A DNA stretch of 64,000 bases. Source: a virus. Below, piece by piece: positions 56,105-64,000 of the stretch; position 1 is the first letter of the stretch; each line of letters begins with the position of its first letter. The notes beneath the pieces were generated by a model. That model was not told the origin of the DNA. It saw only the letters and a program-made list of their open reading frames with translations, and did no database searches. The DNA lies in IMG/VR virus record IMGVR_UViG_3300027860_000007, positions 1-64,000 of that record; one strand, given 5' to 3'. Both the position numbers and the translations under genes were made by a program.

Positions 56105-56939
56105 TTTTTATTATTAAAGCCTCTTCCATGCTATGTCTTAGTTCTTCTGAAGAACCAATATGGTAAAAATGTTCTTGCACTACCATTTTATGATTACTAA
56201 ACCATTTAATAAGATGTTCGTTTTCTCTAAATTTATTCTTTTTCCACATAGAATAAGCAAACCCACAATGAATAGTTTGTAATTTATTTGCTAAGTCATC
56301 AGCATCTGATTCTGACCACACATTAAAATAGTTAGCATTTCTTCCTATATAAGGCGGATCAAGATATAAGAAATCATTAAACTTAGCTTCATGTAAAGTA
56401 GATTTCCAATCTTGCACCTTAAATTGCCACTCTTTGCCTTTCATTTGATTGTTAACCCAAGCAACTTGATTACATATTTTAGTAATATAAGATTGGTCAA
56501 ATCTTTTTGGTTTTCTACAAAAAGGAACATTAAAGCCACCTTTAGCATTAAATCGCATTAATCCATTAAAACATGCTCTATTGAGAAATAGAAAGTCAAA
56601 AGGATTATGTTCTTTATTAAATCTTTCTCTTATAAAATAATAATGTTCTTCGCCCTTAAGTAAAAGGATTTCTCCTTCTTTTGTTAAATATTCTCTCACT
56701 GTCTTTGCATTTACTATATTATTTTGAATAGCGATATAAAAATTTATAATATGCTTATTCGTATCTGCCAAAATAGCTTTTTTTGGATTTAGGTTAAACG
56801 CTACTACGCCAGAACCTAAAAAAGGTTCTATAAAAGTTCCAGAATCAGATAAAGTGATATTATCAATTATTAGGGGTACTAATTTAGTTTTAATTCCTTG
56901 TGTTTTTATAGGTGGTACTTTTACTTTGTTCATGAACAT
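56097..56939 (-). CDS. N6-adenine DNA methyltransferase, M.EcoRV/Dam-like
   Basis: VPPIKTQGIKTKLV, EPFLGSG, FNGLMRFN..G.FNVPF, YLDPPY. Confidence 0.92.
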   Translation of the reverse strand: MFMNKVKVPPIKTQGIKTKLVPLIIDNITLSDSGTFIEPFLGSGVVAFNLNPKKAILADTNKHIINFYIAIQNNIVNAKTVREYLTKEGEILLLKGEEHYYFIRERFNKEHNPFDFLFLNRACFNGLMRFNAKGGFNVPFCRKPKRFDQSYITKICNQVAWVNNQMKGKEWQFKVQDWKSTLHEAKFNDFLYLDPPYIGRNANYFNVWSESDADDLANKLQTIHCGFAYSMWKKNKFRENEHLIKWFSNHKMVVQEHFYHIGSSEELRHSMEEALIIKND

Positions 56940-57027
56940 TTACTTAAAAGTAAAGAAACAATAAACAATATCCAAATAATTGCTAAAAGCCTAAGGGTAT
57001 ACATGCAACCAATTAAAATTTTTTTAA

Positions 57028-57681
57028 TCATTGTTTTATCTCATAATTTAACATTTTTTGCAAATCTGATATGCTTATTTGCTGAATTGTTGCATCATCT
57101 GTGTTTTTCGCATAATAAACTTCTATTTTATTCAAATAAACTATTTTATAGTATCCAATAGGAATTGGAATCTTGCTAGCTCCTATGGTGCTATTACTAT
57201 TATCATATATTGCTCCTGTGACAATTACAATATTTTTATTAGCAGCATTTACTTCTTTTCTCACTTTTTCTTCTAAAAGTTTCCAATTATTCCTATTTAG
57301 TTTAGAACTTTGGGGAGTCATGTTGGATAATAAAAAGGTATCTTCCATTTCTTTAGTGGTCGATGCGTCTTCTGCTGGTACTAAATGTCCTCTATCATAA
57401 TGAGAACTTTTATAATCAGCATTAGTGGGACTATTTCTTAAACGTGGATCACTATGAAAATCATCTGTTCTTGCTACGCTTGTATGATTTGGTTTAGCTA
57501 ATTCTGAACTAAAAACTGCTAAATGCTTAGTCTCATCATATCTAGTAACATAAAAACTATTACATAGTTCAATAGTGTTGCTTGGAGCAATAATTTGATT
57601 GTGTGGATAAAATTCAGTACAAGAAGTAGCTGGATTTTGTGCTAAGAGGATACCAATAGCTACCAAAAATGATTCTCTCAT
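57028..57681 (-). CDS. DNA/RNA non-specific endonuclease (NucA/EndoG family), probable signal peptide
   Basis: YDRGHLVPA, TFLLSNMTPQ, LNRNNWKLLE, IPIP..YYK. Confidence 0.92.
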   Translation of the reverse strand: MRESFLVAIGILLAQNPATSCTEFYPHNQIIAPSNTIELCNSFYVTRYDETKHLAVFSSELAKPNHTSVARTDDFHSDPRLRNSPTNADYKSSHYDRGHLVPAEDASTTKEMEDTFLLSNMTPQSSKLNRNNWKLLEEKVRKEVNAANKNIVIVTGAIYDNSNSTIGASKIPIPIGYYKIVYLNKIEVYYAKNTDDATIQQISISDLQKMLNYEIKQ

Positions 57682-57726
57682 GCTTACCTATATAATTAAA
57701 AGTTAATTTTTTATCTTATTGAAATA

Positions 57727-58095
57727 TTAAATTAAATCTGGTGAATTTACAGATATGGAACCATCTTGTTCTAAACCAACAAGTTCATTATATTGTAATT
57801 GTGACATAAACATATTAATAACTTTAGTCAATTCTAAATCATGACTATTTAATTTTTCATTGAGTTTTCTAGTGTGTTCCAATTCTTTATTAATTTTAAA
57901 ATTATCTTCTTCCACTTGCTTTAGCATTAATGATTTAATTTTATATAATTCTTCGTACCAAAGTCTATCAGTAACTATAGAATTATAAGAACTTAATAAT
58001 CTTTCAAGCAATGGATTGTTTGCACGAATTACATTTAATGATTGTAATTCTTCTATTTCTTTATTATTTAAATACAAAACATCTGAATTTACCAT
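57727..58095 (-). CDS. Coiled-coil hypothetical protein
   Basis: AAGGA RBS. Confidence 0.6.
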   Translation of the reverse strand: MVNSDVLYLNNKEIEELQSLNVIRANNPLLERLLSSYNSIVTDRLWYEELYKIKSLMLKQVEEDNFKINKELEHTRKLNEKLNSHDLELTKVINMFMSQLQYNELVGLEQDGSISVNSPDLI

Positions 58096-58122
58096 TATAT
58101 TTTTCCTTAAATTTTTAAATTT

Positions 58123-58332
58123 TTATTTTCTTGAAAGTCTGGAATCATTTAATTGTTTGAATCTTTCTATTAGACATTTATTTGATATAACAATTCCTAT
58201 AACTAATATCCAAGCACTAATCGCAGTTGAAATGGGTGAAGATAACAAAAAGGAAATGACAATAGAAAAAATGCTTACAACACATATTGTAAGTCCAATT
58301 TTTAAATTCTGTAAAATTTTATCTGTTTTCAT
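58123..58332 (-). CDS. Small two-TM membrane protein
   Basis: Two hydrophobic segments. Confidence 0.55.
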   Translation of the reverse strand: MKTDKILQNLKIGLTICVVSIFSIVISFLLSSPISTAISAWILVIGIVISNKCLIERFKQLNDSRLSRK

Positions 58333-58336
58333 TTGC

Positions 58337-58588
58337 TTAATATCCTTGCAATTTACGGTTTAACCTTTTGGCAAGTTCCGCATTGTAACTACTTCCAATG
58401 TTCACTAGCAATTCTGGTAACTTTTTTCCTATTATGGATCGAATAGTAACATAAAAGTCTGGAATAGTCAAATCATCATTATTAGAGGTTTTTGAATTTA
58501 TTATGGTTTCATTAATAGGTAAAATTAATTCTTGAGTAAAATATTTAATGTTATCATTCGTGGTTGTGTTAAATTCGTAAAATGTCAT
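58337..58588 (-). CDS. Hypothetical protein
   Basis: ORF track. Confidence 0.55.
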   Translation of the reverse strand: MTFYEFNTTTNDNIKYFTQELILPINETIINSKTSNNDDLTIPDFYVTIRSIIGKKLPELLVNIGSSYNAELAKRLNRKLQGY

Positions 58589-58634
58589 AAATTTATTCTT
58601 TTTCTATTTTTAAAGCCTTTGATTTGTTATATTA

Positions 58635-59009
58635 TTACTTAACACCAAAAATGACACCGTTCGCCCATTTTAGCTTGAAATAGGGAGAAATGAAAATAGC
58701 ATCACCTACTTTACTAAGTGCAGGTAAATTGGTATTATTATGAATGCTAAGGCTTCCACATATATTAGTAAGTGCATTTGCGGTTAAGTTGGAATTATTA
58801 GAAACATTACAGTCGCCACCTATATTGGTAAGTGAAGGTAGAACAGCATTTGAATAAATAATAAGAGAACCATCTACCCTAACAAGTGCAGGTAAAGTTA
58901 TATCTTTATGAATAATGAGCTTACCTTTAACTTCAGTAATATGGCTATAATCAGTGTCATCACTTCCTAATATTCTTAAATCTCCTTGATATATCATTTC
59001 ATTTTCCAA
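58635..59009 (-). CDS. Receptor L-domain/beta-solenoid repeat protein
   Basis: MIYQGDL..DYSHITEV, repeated LP.L..VGG.L.I. Confidence 0.75.
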   Translation of the reverse strand: MENEMIYQGDLRILGSDDTDYSHITEVKGKLIIHKDITLPALVRVDGSLIIYSNAVLPSLTNIGGDCNVSNNSNLTANALTNICGSLSIHNNTNLPALSKVGDAIFISPYFKLKWANGVIFGVK

Positions 59010-59035
59010 ACATTTCTGCTATTATTAATTCATTT

Positions 59036-59428
59036 TTAATTACTTTGGGTTCTTTGTACTCTAACCAATGATGGCAAGCTGATATTGTTGCTAAGAATAA
59101 TATCACCACCCACATTAACAAGTTTATCTGCTTTTAATTTGACGTTTCCATGAATATAAAAATATCCATCCACATTAGTAAGTTCAGGCAAGCTAACAGT
59201 AATAGGAATATCATTATTTTCACCTAAGCTAATAGAAAACCCTCCACTTGTTCTGTTGATAAGAGTAGGTGTTTGGTTATCAATATCAATATTTCCACCA
59301 ACTTTTATAAGATTAGGCAAGCTAGCATTATTGCTATAAATTTTTAGGTTTCCTGTAATTTCAGTAATGTGACTAAAAAAATCATTTAATTTGCCTTTTT
59401 TAATTACTAAATTGCCTTGATATATCAT
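59036..59428 (-). CDS. Receptor L-domain/beta-solenoid repeat protein
   Basis: MIYQGNL..FSHITEI, repeated LP.L..VGG. Confidence 0.75.
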   Translation of the reverse strand: MIYQGNLVIKKGKLNDFFSHITEITGNLKIYSNNASLPNLIKVGGNIDIDNQTPTLINRTSGGFSISLGENNDIPITVSLPELTNVDGYFYIHGNVKLKADKLVNVGGDIILSNNISLPSLVRVQRTQSN

Positions 59429-59522
59429 TTCATTTCCTTTTAATAAATGTTACTGAACGGTAATATTATGATTAACAGATCATATATTCTTATCATTTAT
59501 TCCCTATTGGTAACAATATAAG

Positions 59523-59741
59523 TTACTTTCGCCTCATGCTCCGCAATGAACGCAACGTATCGCCTTTGGCTTGAACCATTTCCTTTACTTGGTCATAAGA
59601 CTCTATTACAATCCTATGAACGCTTTCATGTAACAAAATAGTTCCGCTAGCGTTATCATTAGGTGGAAATGATTTTATATAATCAACATTAAATGAATTT
59701 TTAATCCTTGACTCATCCGTCAGCTCTATAAAATTTGACAT
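59523..59741 (-). CDS. Small protein, FlbD-like pattern
   Basis: FIELT..FNVDYI..GTIL..VIESYDQV. Confidence 0.5.
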   Translation of the reverse strand: MSNFIELTDESRIKNSFNVDYIKSFPPNDNASGTILLHESVHRIVIESYDQVKEMVQAKGDTLRSLRSMRRK

Positions 59742-59746
59742 TTTAT

Positions 59747-60181
59747 TTAATAATCTCCTTCATATTCTTCCCAATCAGTTGCATTTATAGCATGGATCGT
59801 AAGATTAAACTTTGATTTATCATCACTAAGTAAAATATAATCATTATCTGCTTTGTAAATATAAAGACCTTTACGGAAACCGTATTTACGTCTAGCCTTC
59901 TTGCCTTGCTTTAGCAGCTCAAGAGCATAGCCAAAGCTCTTATTTTTGGTAATTTTTGGCATATTTTTCGTAATACGCAGCAATGCCTCGTTAAATTCTT
60001 GCTCTGCTTGGTATTTCAAAATACGCTCTTGCTGGTTAAGTAGCTTTTCCAGTTTATCAGGGTCAAAAGCAGGGTCAAAAGCTGCACGTTCAATCAATGC
60101 CAGCAATGGATCGCTATTTGCTTTTACGGGTTGCTCTACTGGCAGGCTTGCGACTTCCTGCCCTTCTATTACTTCGCTCAT
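59747..60181 (-). CDS. Chimera: ERF-like N-terminus fused to DUF2829/Tad2-like domain
   Basis: LIERAAFDP..DKLEKLL..QER..AEQEFNEAL..MPKI.KN; then SFGYALELLKQGKKARR...ATDWE. Confidence 0.6.
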   Translation of the reverse strand: MSEVIEGQEVASLPVEQPVKANSDPLLALIERAAFDPAFDPDKLEKLLNQQERILKYQAEQEFNEALLRITKNMPKITKNKSFGYALELLKQGKKARRKYGFRKGLYIYKADNDYILLSDDKSKFNLTIHAINATDWEEYEGDY

Positions 60182-60184
60182 AAT

Positions 60185-60361
60185 TTACTCTCCTTTTGCT
60201 TTATGTTTTGCAGTTAAATGCTGCACTAAGGCTTTTTTTCCAAAAAACGCTTTACCGCATTTAGCACATAATATTTTTGCATTTTTAATTTCTATACTTT
60301 CAAATCCGTAAGAATTGTCGAAAAATATCTTGTGTAAAATTGCATTCGCTTCTTCGCCCAT
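60185..60361 (-). CDS. 58-aa C2H2 zinc-finger protein (not in ORF track)
   Basis: CAKCGKAFFGKKALVQHLTAKH. Confidence 0.7.
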   Translation of the reverse strand: MGEEANAILHKIFFDNSYGFESIEIKNAKILCAKCGKAFFGKKALVQHLTAKHKAKGE

Positions 60362-60364
60362 AAT

Positions 60365-60715
60365 CTATTCTCCCCTCGCACGTTTCAAATATTCATGCAC
60401 CATATCGTCTATGGCTTCGTTTAAGATGCCTATTTCATCCATTCCAGTAAATTCGCCATTAAAAATATCTCCAAACATATTAATTGCGTTTTCACGTTCT
60501 TCTCTTGAAACCCAAAGGAAGAAGTTACCCAGGATGTAATTATCCAAAGGTGTAAGAAAGTAATAAATGCTTTGCTCAAAAACCTTGTTAAGCTCAAAGC
60601 AACATTTTACCACTTCCCGCAACTTGGCTACTTTTGCCTCTGCTGCATCAATTTCGCTTGTGTCTGGGTCTTCAAACTCTATTTCTTCTATTTTTATATC
60701 ATTGGGGTATGGCAT
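60365..60715 (-). CDS. Hypothetical protein
   Basis: AAGGA RBS. Confidence 0.6.
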   Translation of the reverse strand: MPYPNDIKIEEIEFEDPDTSEIDAAEAKVAKLREVVKCCFELNKVFEQSIYYFLTPLDNYILGNFFLWVSREERENAINMFGDIFNGEFTGMDEIGILNEAIDDMVHEYLKRARGE

Positions 60716-60719
60716 GGGG

Positions 60720-61175
60720 TTATTCCTTTTCCAGTTCTGTTATTTTGTCTAAAGCCTGTTGTGCATCATCAGGAAATTCACAAAATTTAACATAAAACTC
60801 TAAAGCCTCTTTTGCCACTTCCAAAGCCTTACGCAGCTTTTTATTTTCTGAAACAAATTGAATATTTGCTTCATGTTGCTGGTTTATGGTTTTTAGGTGT
60901 TGCATATTTTGATTACGCAGCTCAGCAACGATTGGAGGATCGTATATGCAATAATGCGTTAAAGGGTCTTGGCAATTATTTTCAAGGTCTTGAGTTGTTT
61001 CCCATAAAACATCCTTGGCATACCTCACTTCTTTCACTATTTTCGTACCATCATTGTATCTGCAACCGCTGCCATTCTAGCAATCAGAATAAGTGGCGAT
61101 TTCTGTTAAAGTCTCCACCACCGTATCAGGCGGAACAGGACACTTGTCGTCTGTAAATTTTATCCATTCACTCAT
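60720..61175 (-). pseudogene. Phage gene interrupted by in-frame TAG (61077-61079)
   Basis: MSEWIKFTDDKCPVPPDTVVET... continues in frame past TAG into ORF 60720..61037. Confidence 0.6.
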
Positions 61176-61364
61176 AATTTCCTCGCTTTCATCATCGCAT
61201 CTGCCATTTCATAACATGTTTCTGCTATTTCGTTAGGTAGGAGTCCTTTTTTCTTCATCAATTTGTTTTATAAAAAATAAACATCCAAGAGCAAATTCAT
61301 CCCTCAGTGTTTTTGGCTTTTCACGATTATCAAAATCCGTGAATTGGTTGTTTTGTTCAGTCAT
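61172..61364 (-). pseudogene. Frameshifted TLRD.FA / AY..ADAM..AR-type small phage gene
   Basis: TLRDEFALG and AETCYEMADAMMKAR in different frames; span is 3n+1; A6 tract at 61247-61252. Confidence 0.7.
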
Positions 61365-61788
61365 TTTCTACCTCTTCATATTGCGGTTGAAGGAAAGCTA
61401 TGCCTTTGCGGAAATCAATTTCTCTATCTTTAGGATCCAACAATTCTCCTTTTGTGTCACTGTGCCAAACTAACCAACCCTTTCTATCACCATCAAAATA
61501 ATCCCCCCACCTATTTGTATCACCTCCTATAGGTTCCAGCACTTCAGGGTTGGCAACGAAAAACTTATCGCACCATATTGCACCATAATAAATATTATGA
61601 GCAATCAATGAAAGAATTCCATCAAACTTTAAAATCGGTTCATTCTTCCATAACTCGTGATTTTTTATATCGTAAATAAATTGCAAACCATGATTCTTAG
61701 CCATATACAAAGCACCTGTTAAGTCGTAGTACGGTTTCTTATTGCTCATCATCAGCCCCTTTCTTGCTTTGTTTGCCGTAAAGTTCAT
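61357..61788 (-). CDS. Hypothetical protein
   Basis: ORF track; true start probably at MMSNK. Confidence 0.6.
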   Translation of the reverse strand: MNFTANKARKGLMMSNKKPYYDLTGALYMAKNHGLQFIYDIKNHELWKNEPILKFDGILSLIAHNIYYGAIWCDKFFVANPEVLEPIGGDTNRWGDYFDGDRKGWLVWHSDTKGELLDPKDREIDFRKGIAFLQPQYEEVEND

Positions 61789-62053
61789 TTTTCTCTTCCC
61801 ATTCGGTAATAGCTTTTATTATGTGCCTATAAACCAGTCCCCTAGTATGACTACACTCTATATGTGCAGAAAATTTTTCTGCTATTTCTTCTTTTTCTTC
61901 ATAAATTTTATCCTGTGGCTCAAAATATTTTTTCTATAATCCAATCAAGTTGTTTTTGACGGCTTCGTTTGTTTTTTTAGCTTCTGCATCCAGTTTTTCA
62001 ATGTTGCTTGGCAGTAACTCTATTGTGTAAGTTTTGGCTTTTTCTTCTGTCAT
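61739..62053 (-). pseudogene. Ribbon-helix-helix-like regulator broken by two compensating A-tract indels
   Basis: Restored KLDAEAKKNKRSRQKQLDWIIEKYF; as written, TAG at 61934-61936 is in frame. Confidence 0.55.
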
Positions 62054-62064
62054 AAAATTATCCT

Positions 62065-62391
62065 TTATTTTGATGTTCTAATTTTAGCTTTTGGGTGTTT
62101 TTCTGCAAATTCCAATATTCCAGTTATAAATTTTAGAAAACCTTTAACGGTACCCCAACCATTCCCCTTTTTTTCTAGCTCTATTAATCTATCCATATAG
62201 TATTTTTCTTGTGCTAGAATCAAGGCATAACGAAGCGGTAAAATTAAACTTTTTGCTTTTTTTATTCCCATTTCTTCGGCACGCCAAAGGAAAAAGTAAA
62301 TACCTAATTCTGAAGCCATAACATTGCAATTATGAGTAATATTCCCTGAATATGAATCAAACCCATCATTCATTTCAAAATCTAAAGACAT
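62065..62391 (-). CDS. Conserved phage hypothetical protein
   Basis: MSLD..NITHN...MA...GIY..LWR..GWG. Confidence 0.7.
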   Translation of the reverse strand: MSLDFEMNDGFDSYSGNITHNCNVMASELGIYFFLWRAEEMGIKKAKSLILPLRYALILAQEKYYMDRLIELEKKGNGWGTVKGFLKFITGILEFAEKHPKAKIRTSK

Positions 62392-62555
62392 ATCTTTTAC
62401 TCCTCAATATTGCTAGTTAAAATATCAATTAGCTTTTGACGGTTTTCTTGCATAATATCTACGCAATCATCATGTCTTCTTGATTTTTTAGCAAAATAAT
62501 CAATCTTTTTTGCCAGCCTCTAAGGCTTCTCTTGCTTCTTGTTCGTTCATTGTCT

Positions 62556-62924
62556 TTATTCCAAATCATCAGGATGAATATCAAAAAGTTCGCTTATTCC
62601 ATTTCTAAAACCATCTTTAACTGCTTTTAATTTTTCTTCTAAAACTGCTATTCTTGCATCTTTTTCATCAATGCCTTTTTCAAGCATTAATTCAGCAGTT
62701 GATGCACTTTCAGGGTTAACATAATCAAGAGTACTCCAACCAGAAACAGAATAACCAATTAGCATAGCAAGCTGTTCACGATCTTCGCTAGAAAACTCTA
62801 AACTAGCTATATCATTTAATCCTATATTACTATTTTCAATTAAATGCTTAACGATAGCGTTTTCTTTAAATCTTGCCCAGCCATCTTTGCATATAATTGG
62901 CTGCATAGGGTGTCTAATTGTCAT
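62556..62924 (-). CDS. Conserved phage hypothetical protein
   Basis: HPMQP..RFKENAIV..EDREQLAMLIGYSVSG. Confidence 0.75.
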   Translation of the reverse strand: MTIRHPMQPIICKDGWARFKENAIVKHLIENSNIGLNDIASLEFSSEDREQLAMLIGYSVSGWSTLDYVNPESASTAELMLEKGIDEKDARIAVLEEKLKAVKDGFRNGISELFDIHPDDLE

Positions 62925-62940
62925 TTATTTTTAACTTTCA

Positions 62941-63204
62941 TCAATATTTCTTAACTTCTACAGGTTTTTTATTCCCTAATTCTTTAATAAGTTTATCAAC
63001 TACTTTTTGCAAAGTTTTTGATTTTATTTTTTCTTGTTCTAATAAATTTTCCAGATTGTCTAAATGCACATGAAGTTCCAAAATATATTCGTTAATTTCT
63101 TCATCAGTATTTAATTCATAAGATTCTGGTGTAAAATTTTTCCTCTTATGTTCAAAAGATTTTATGTCGACAATTTTGCTATCTTCTTTAGTTTCATCCG
63201 TCAT
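62941..63204 (-). CDS. Coiled-coil hypothetical protein
   Basis: GGAG RBS. Confidence 0.6.
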   Translation of the reverse strand: MTDETKEDSKIVDIKSFEHKRKNFTPESYELNTDEEINEYILELHVHLDNLENLLEQEKIKSKTLQKVVDKLIKELGNKKPVEVKKY

Positions 63205-63272
63205 AAAATCTCCGTTGAGTTAGTTAATAGTTATAATTCATTTTTTAATTCTATATCAAAGATGGATAAAAG

Positions 63273-63665
63273 TCAAGCCTCTTTAACTAAAAAAAGGTCA
63301 TCGTTCTTCAATAAAGCTATTTTTGTGTCATATGAACCGCTATCGTTCAAAAATAAAACCTTAAATCTATGTTCTAAGTTATCAATGTCAAATCCTAATG
63401 ATTCAACAATATCCAAAGCGTTTTCTGCCGCATATTCCCAAACATCATGACTTGATCTGCTATGAATAATTACATTATCAACATCATTATAACATTTTAC
63501 TATAGCTCCGTTAATAGTGTTGCCATCTTCTATAAGCTGAGTGCTAGTGTCTTTTCCATTATAAATCTCTAAAGTAAATGTCCAAGTCTTATCAATTCTT
63601 TGAATGACTTGAAAGTCTATTCTATAGTCTGACAATTCTAAAATATTTATAGTGGATTCATTCAT
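63273..63665 (-). CDS. Hypothetical protein
   Basis: ORF track. Confidence 0.55.
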   Translation of the reverse strand: MNESTINILELSDYRIDFQVIQRIDKTWTFTLEIYNGKDTSTQLIEDGNTINGAIVKCYNDVDNVIIHSRSSHDVWEYAAENALDIVESLGFDIDNLEHRFKVLFLNDSGSYDTKIALLKNDDLFLVKEA

Positions 63666-63904
63666 AATTTATTTTTTTCGTAATCTATTTTAATTTCTGG
63701 TTGATTGCGATATTCTTTATAGGTTAAAGTAAAATTCAGATTGCTATGCGTTCTCAGTTGCACAAACATTGCCAAATCTTGAGCAGGCTTTAATGGTGGC
63801 ATTTCTAAATTATTATAACGATCATGTTTAAGCAGTACTTCTAAATTTAGCATAATATCTTTTTGAATATCAATATTATTATCATTTTCAATTTCTATAG
63901 TCAA
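63662..63904 (-). CDS. Hypothetical protein
   Basis: ORF track, ATGA-coupled to next gene. Confidence 0.45.
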   Translation of the reverse strand: MTIEIENDNNIDIQKDIMLNLEVLLKHDRYNNLEMPPLKPAQDLAMFVQLRTHSNLNFTLTYKEYRNQPEIKIDYEKNKL

Positions 63905-64000
63905 GATTACTAGAGAGCCTTTCTCAAATTTTGTAAATCTAAATAATAAGTTTCAAAAATCTTTAACATTTTATTTCTCAAAAGTCATTTCAAATTCAGG

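Noticed and set aside
300-63450. Antisense and alternate-frame ORFs in the track (e.g. 786..1220, 27670..28089, 43190..43681, 48995..49534, 59946..60311)
   Set aside because: Shadows of well-supported genes on the opposite strand or frame, with no RBS or motifs
1-64000. Stop-codon reassignment (prompted by in-frame TAGs at 61077 and 61934)
   Set aside because: TAG and TGA end intact conserved genes at expected lengths (prkA, terminase, guaC), and coding density is high under the standard code
1-64000. CRISPR array or cas genes
   Set aside because: No regularly spaced repeat-spacer series or cas-like ORF seen; repeats found are two-copy or short tandem

Overview
AT-rich, gene-dense segment of a lytic jumbo myophage with T4-like core genes, read in the standard code. 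Core genes: tail-fibre genes, UvsY, primase, gp41 helicase, a mini DnaE-like protein, UvsW, UvsX, gp32 SSB, terminase, RNase H, GroEL and two GroES. Host-type genes: Pnkp RNA repair enzyme, PrkA-YeaH-SpoVR, tRNA-Arg(TCT), a GC-rich recently acquired TyrRS, GuaC, Dam- and Dcm-type methyltransferases and a NucA-type nuclease. The strongest candidate for an undescribed system is a dispersed family of late genes sharing an N-terminal MK(V/L/Y)x(E/D)(L/I)(L/F)E-type leader resembling the T4 capsid-targeting sequence. Their unrelated cargo domains (four ADP-ribosyltransferase-like domains, a HExxH metallopeptidase, ParB-like and RelE-like domains, plus a leaderless kinase) are separated by (I/L/V)xE linkers resembling prohead-protease sites. 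An 'empty' promoter+leader copy at 22955-22993 suggests cassette-like swapping. A second theme is stripped-down pieces of bacterial defence modules (antitoxin tail, degenerate DUF262, degenerate DUF3696 ATPase, STAS/DUF4325, Tad2-like), possibly decoys. All family calls come from motif recognition by eye; no searches were run.
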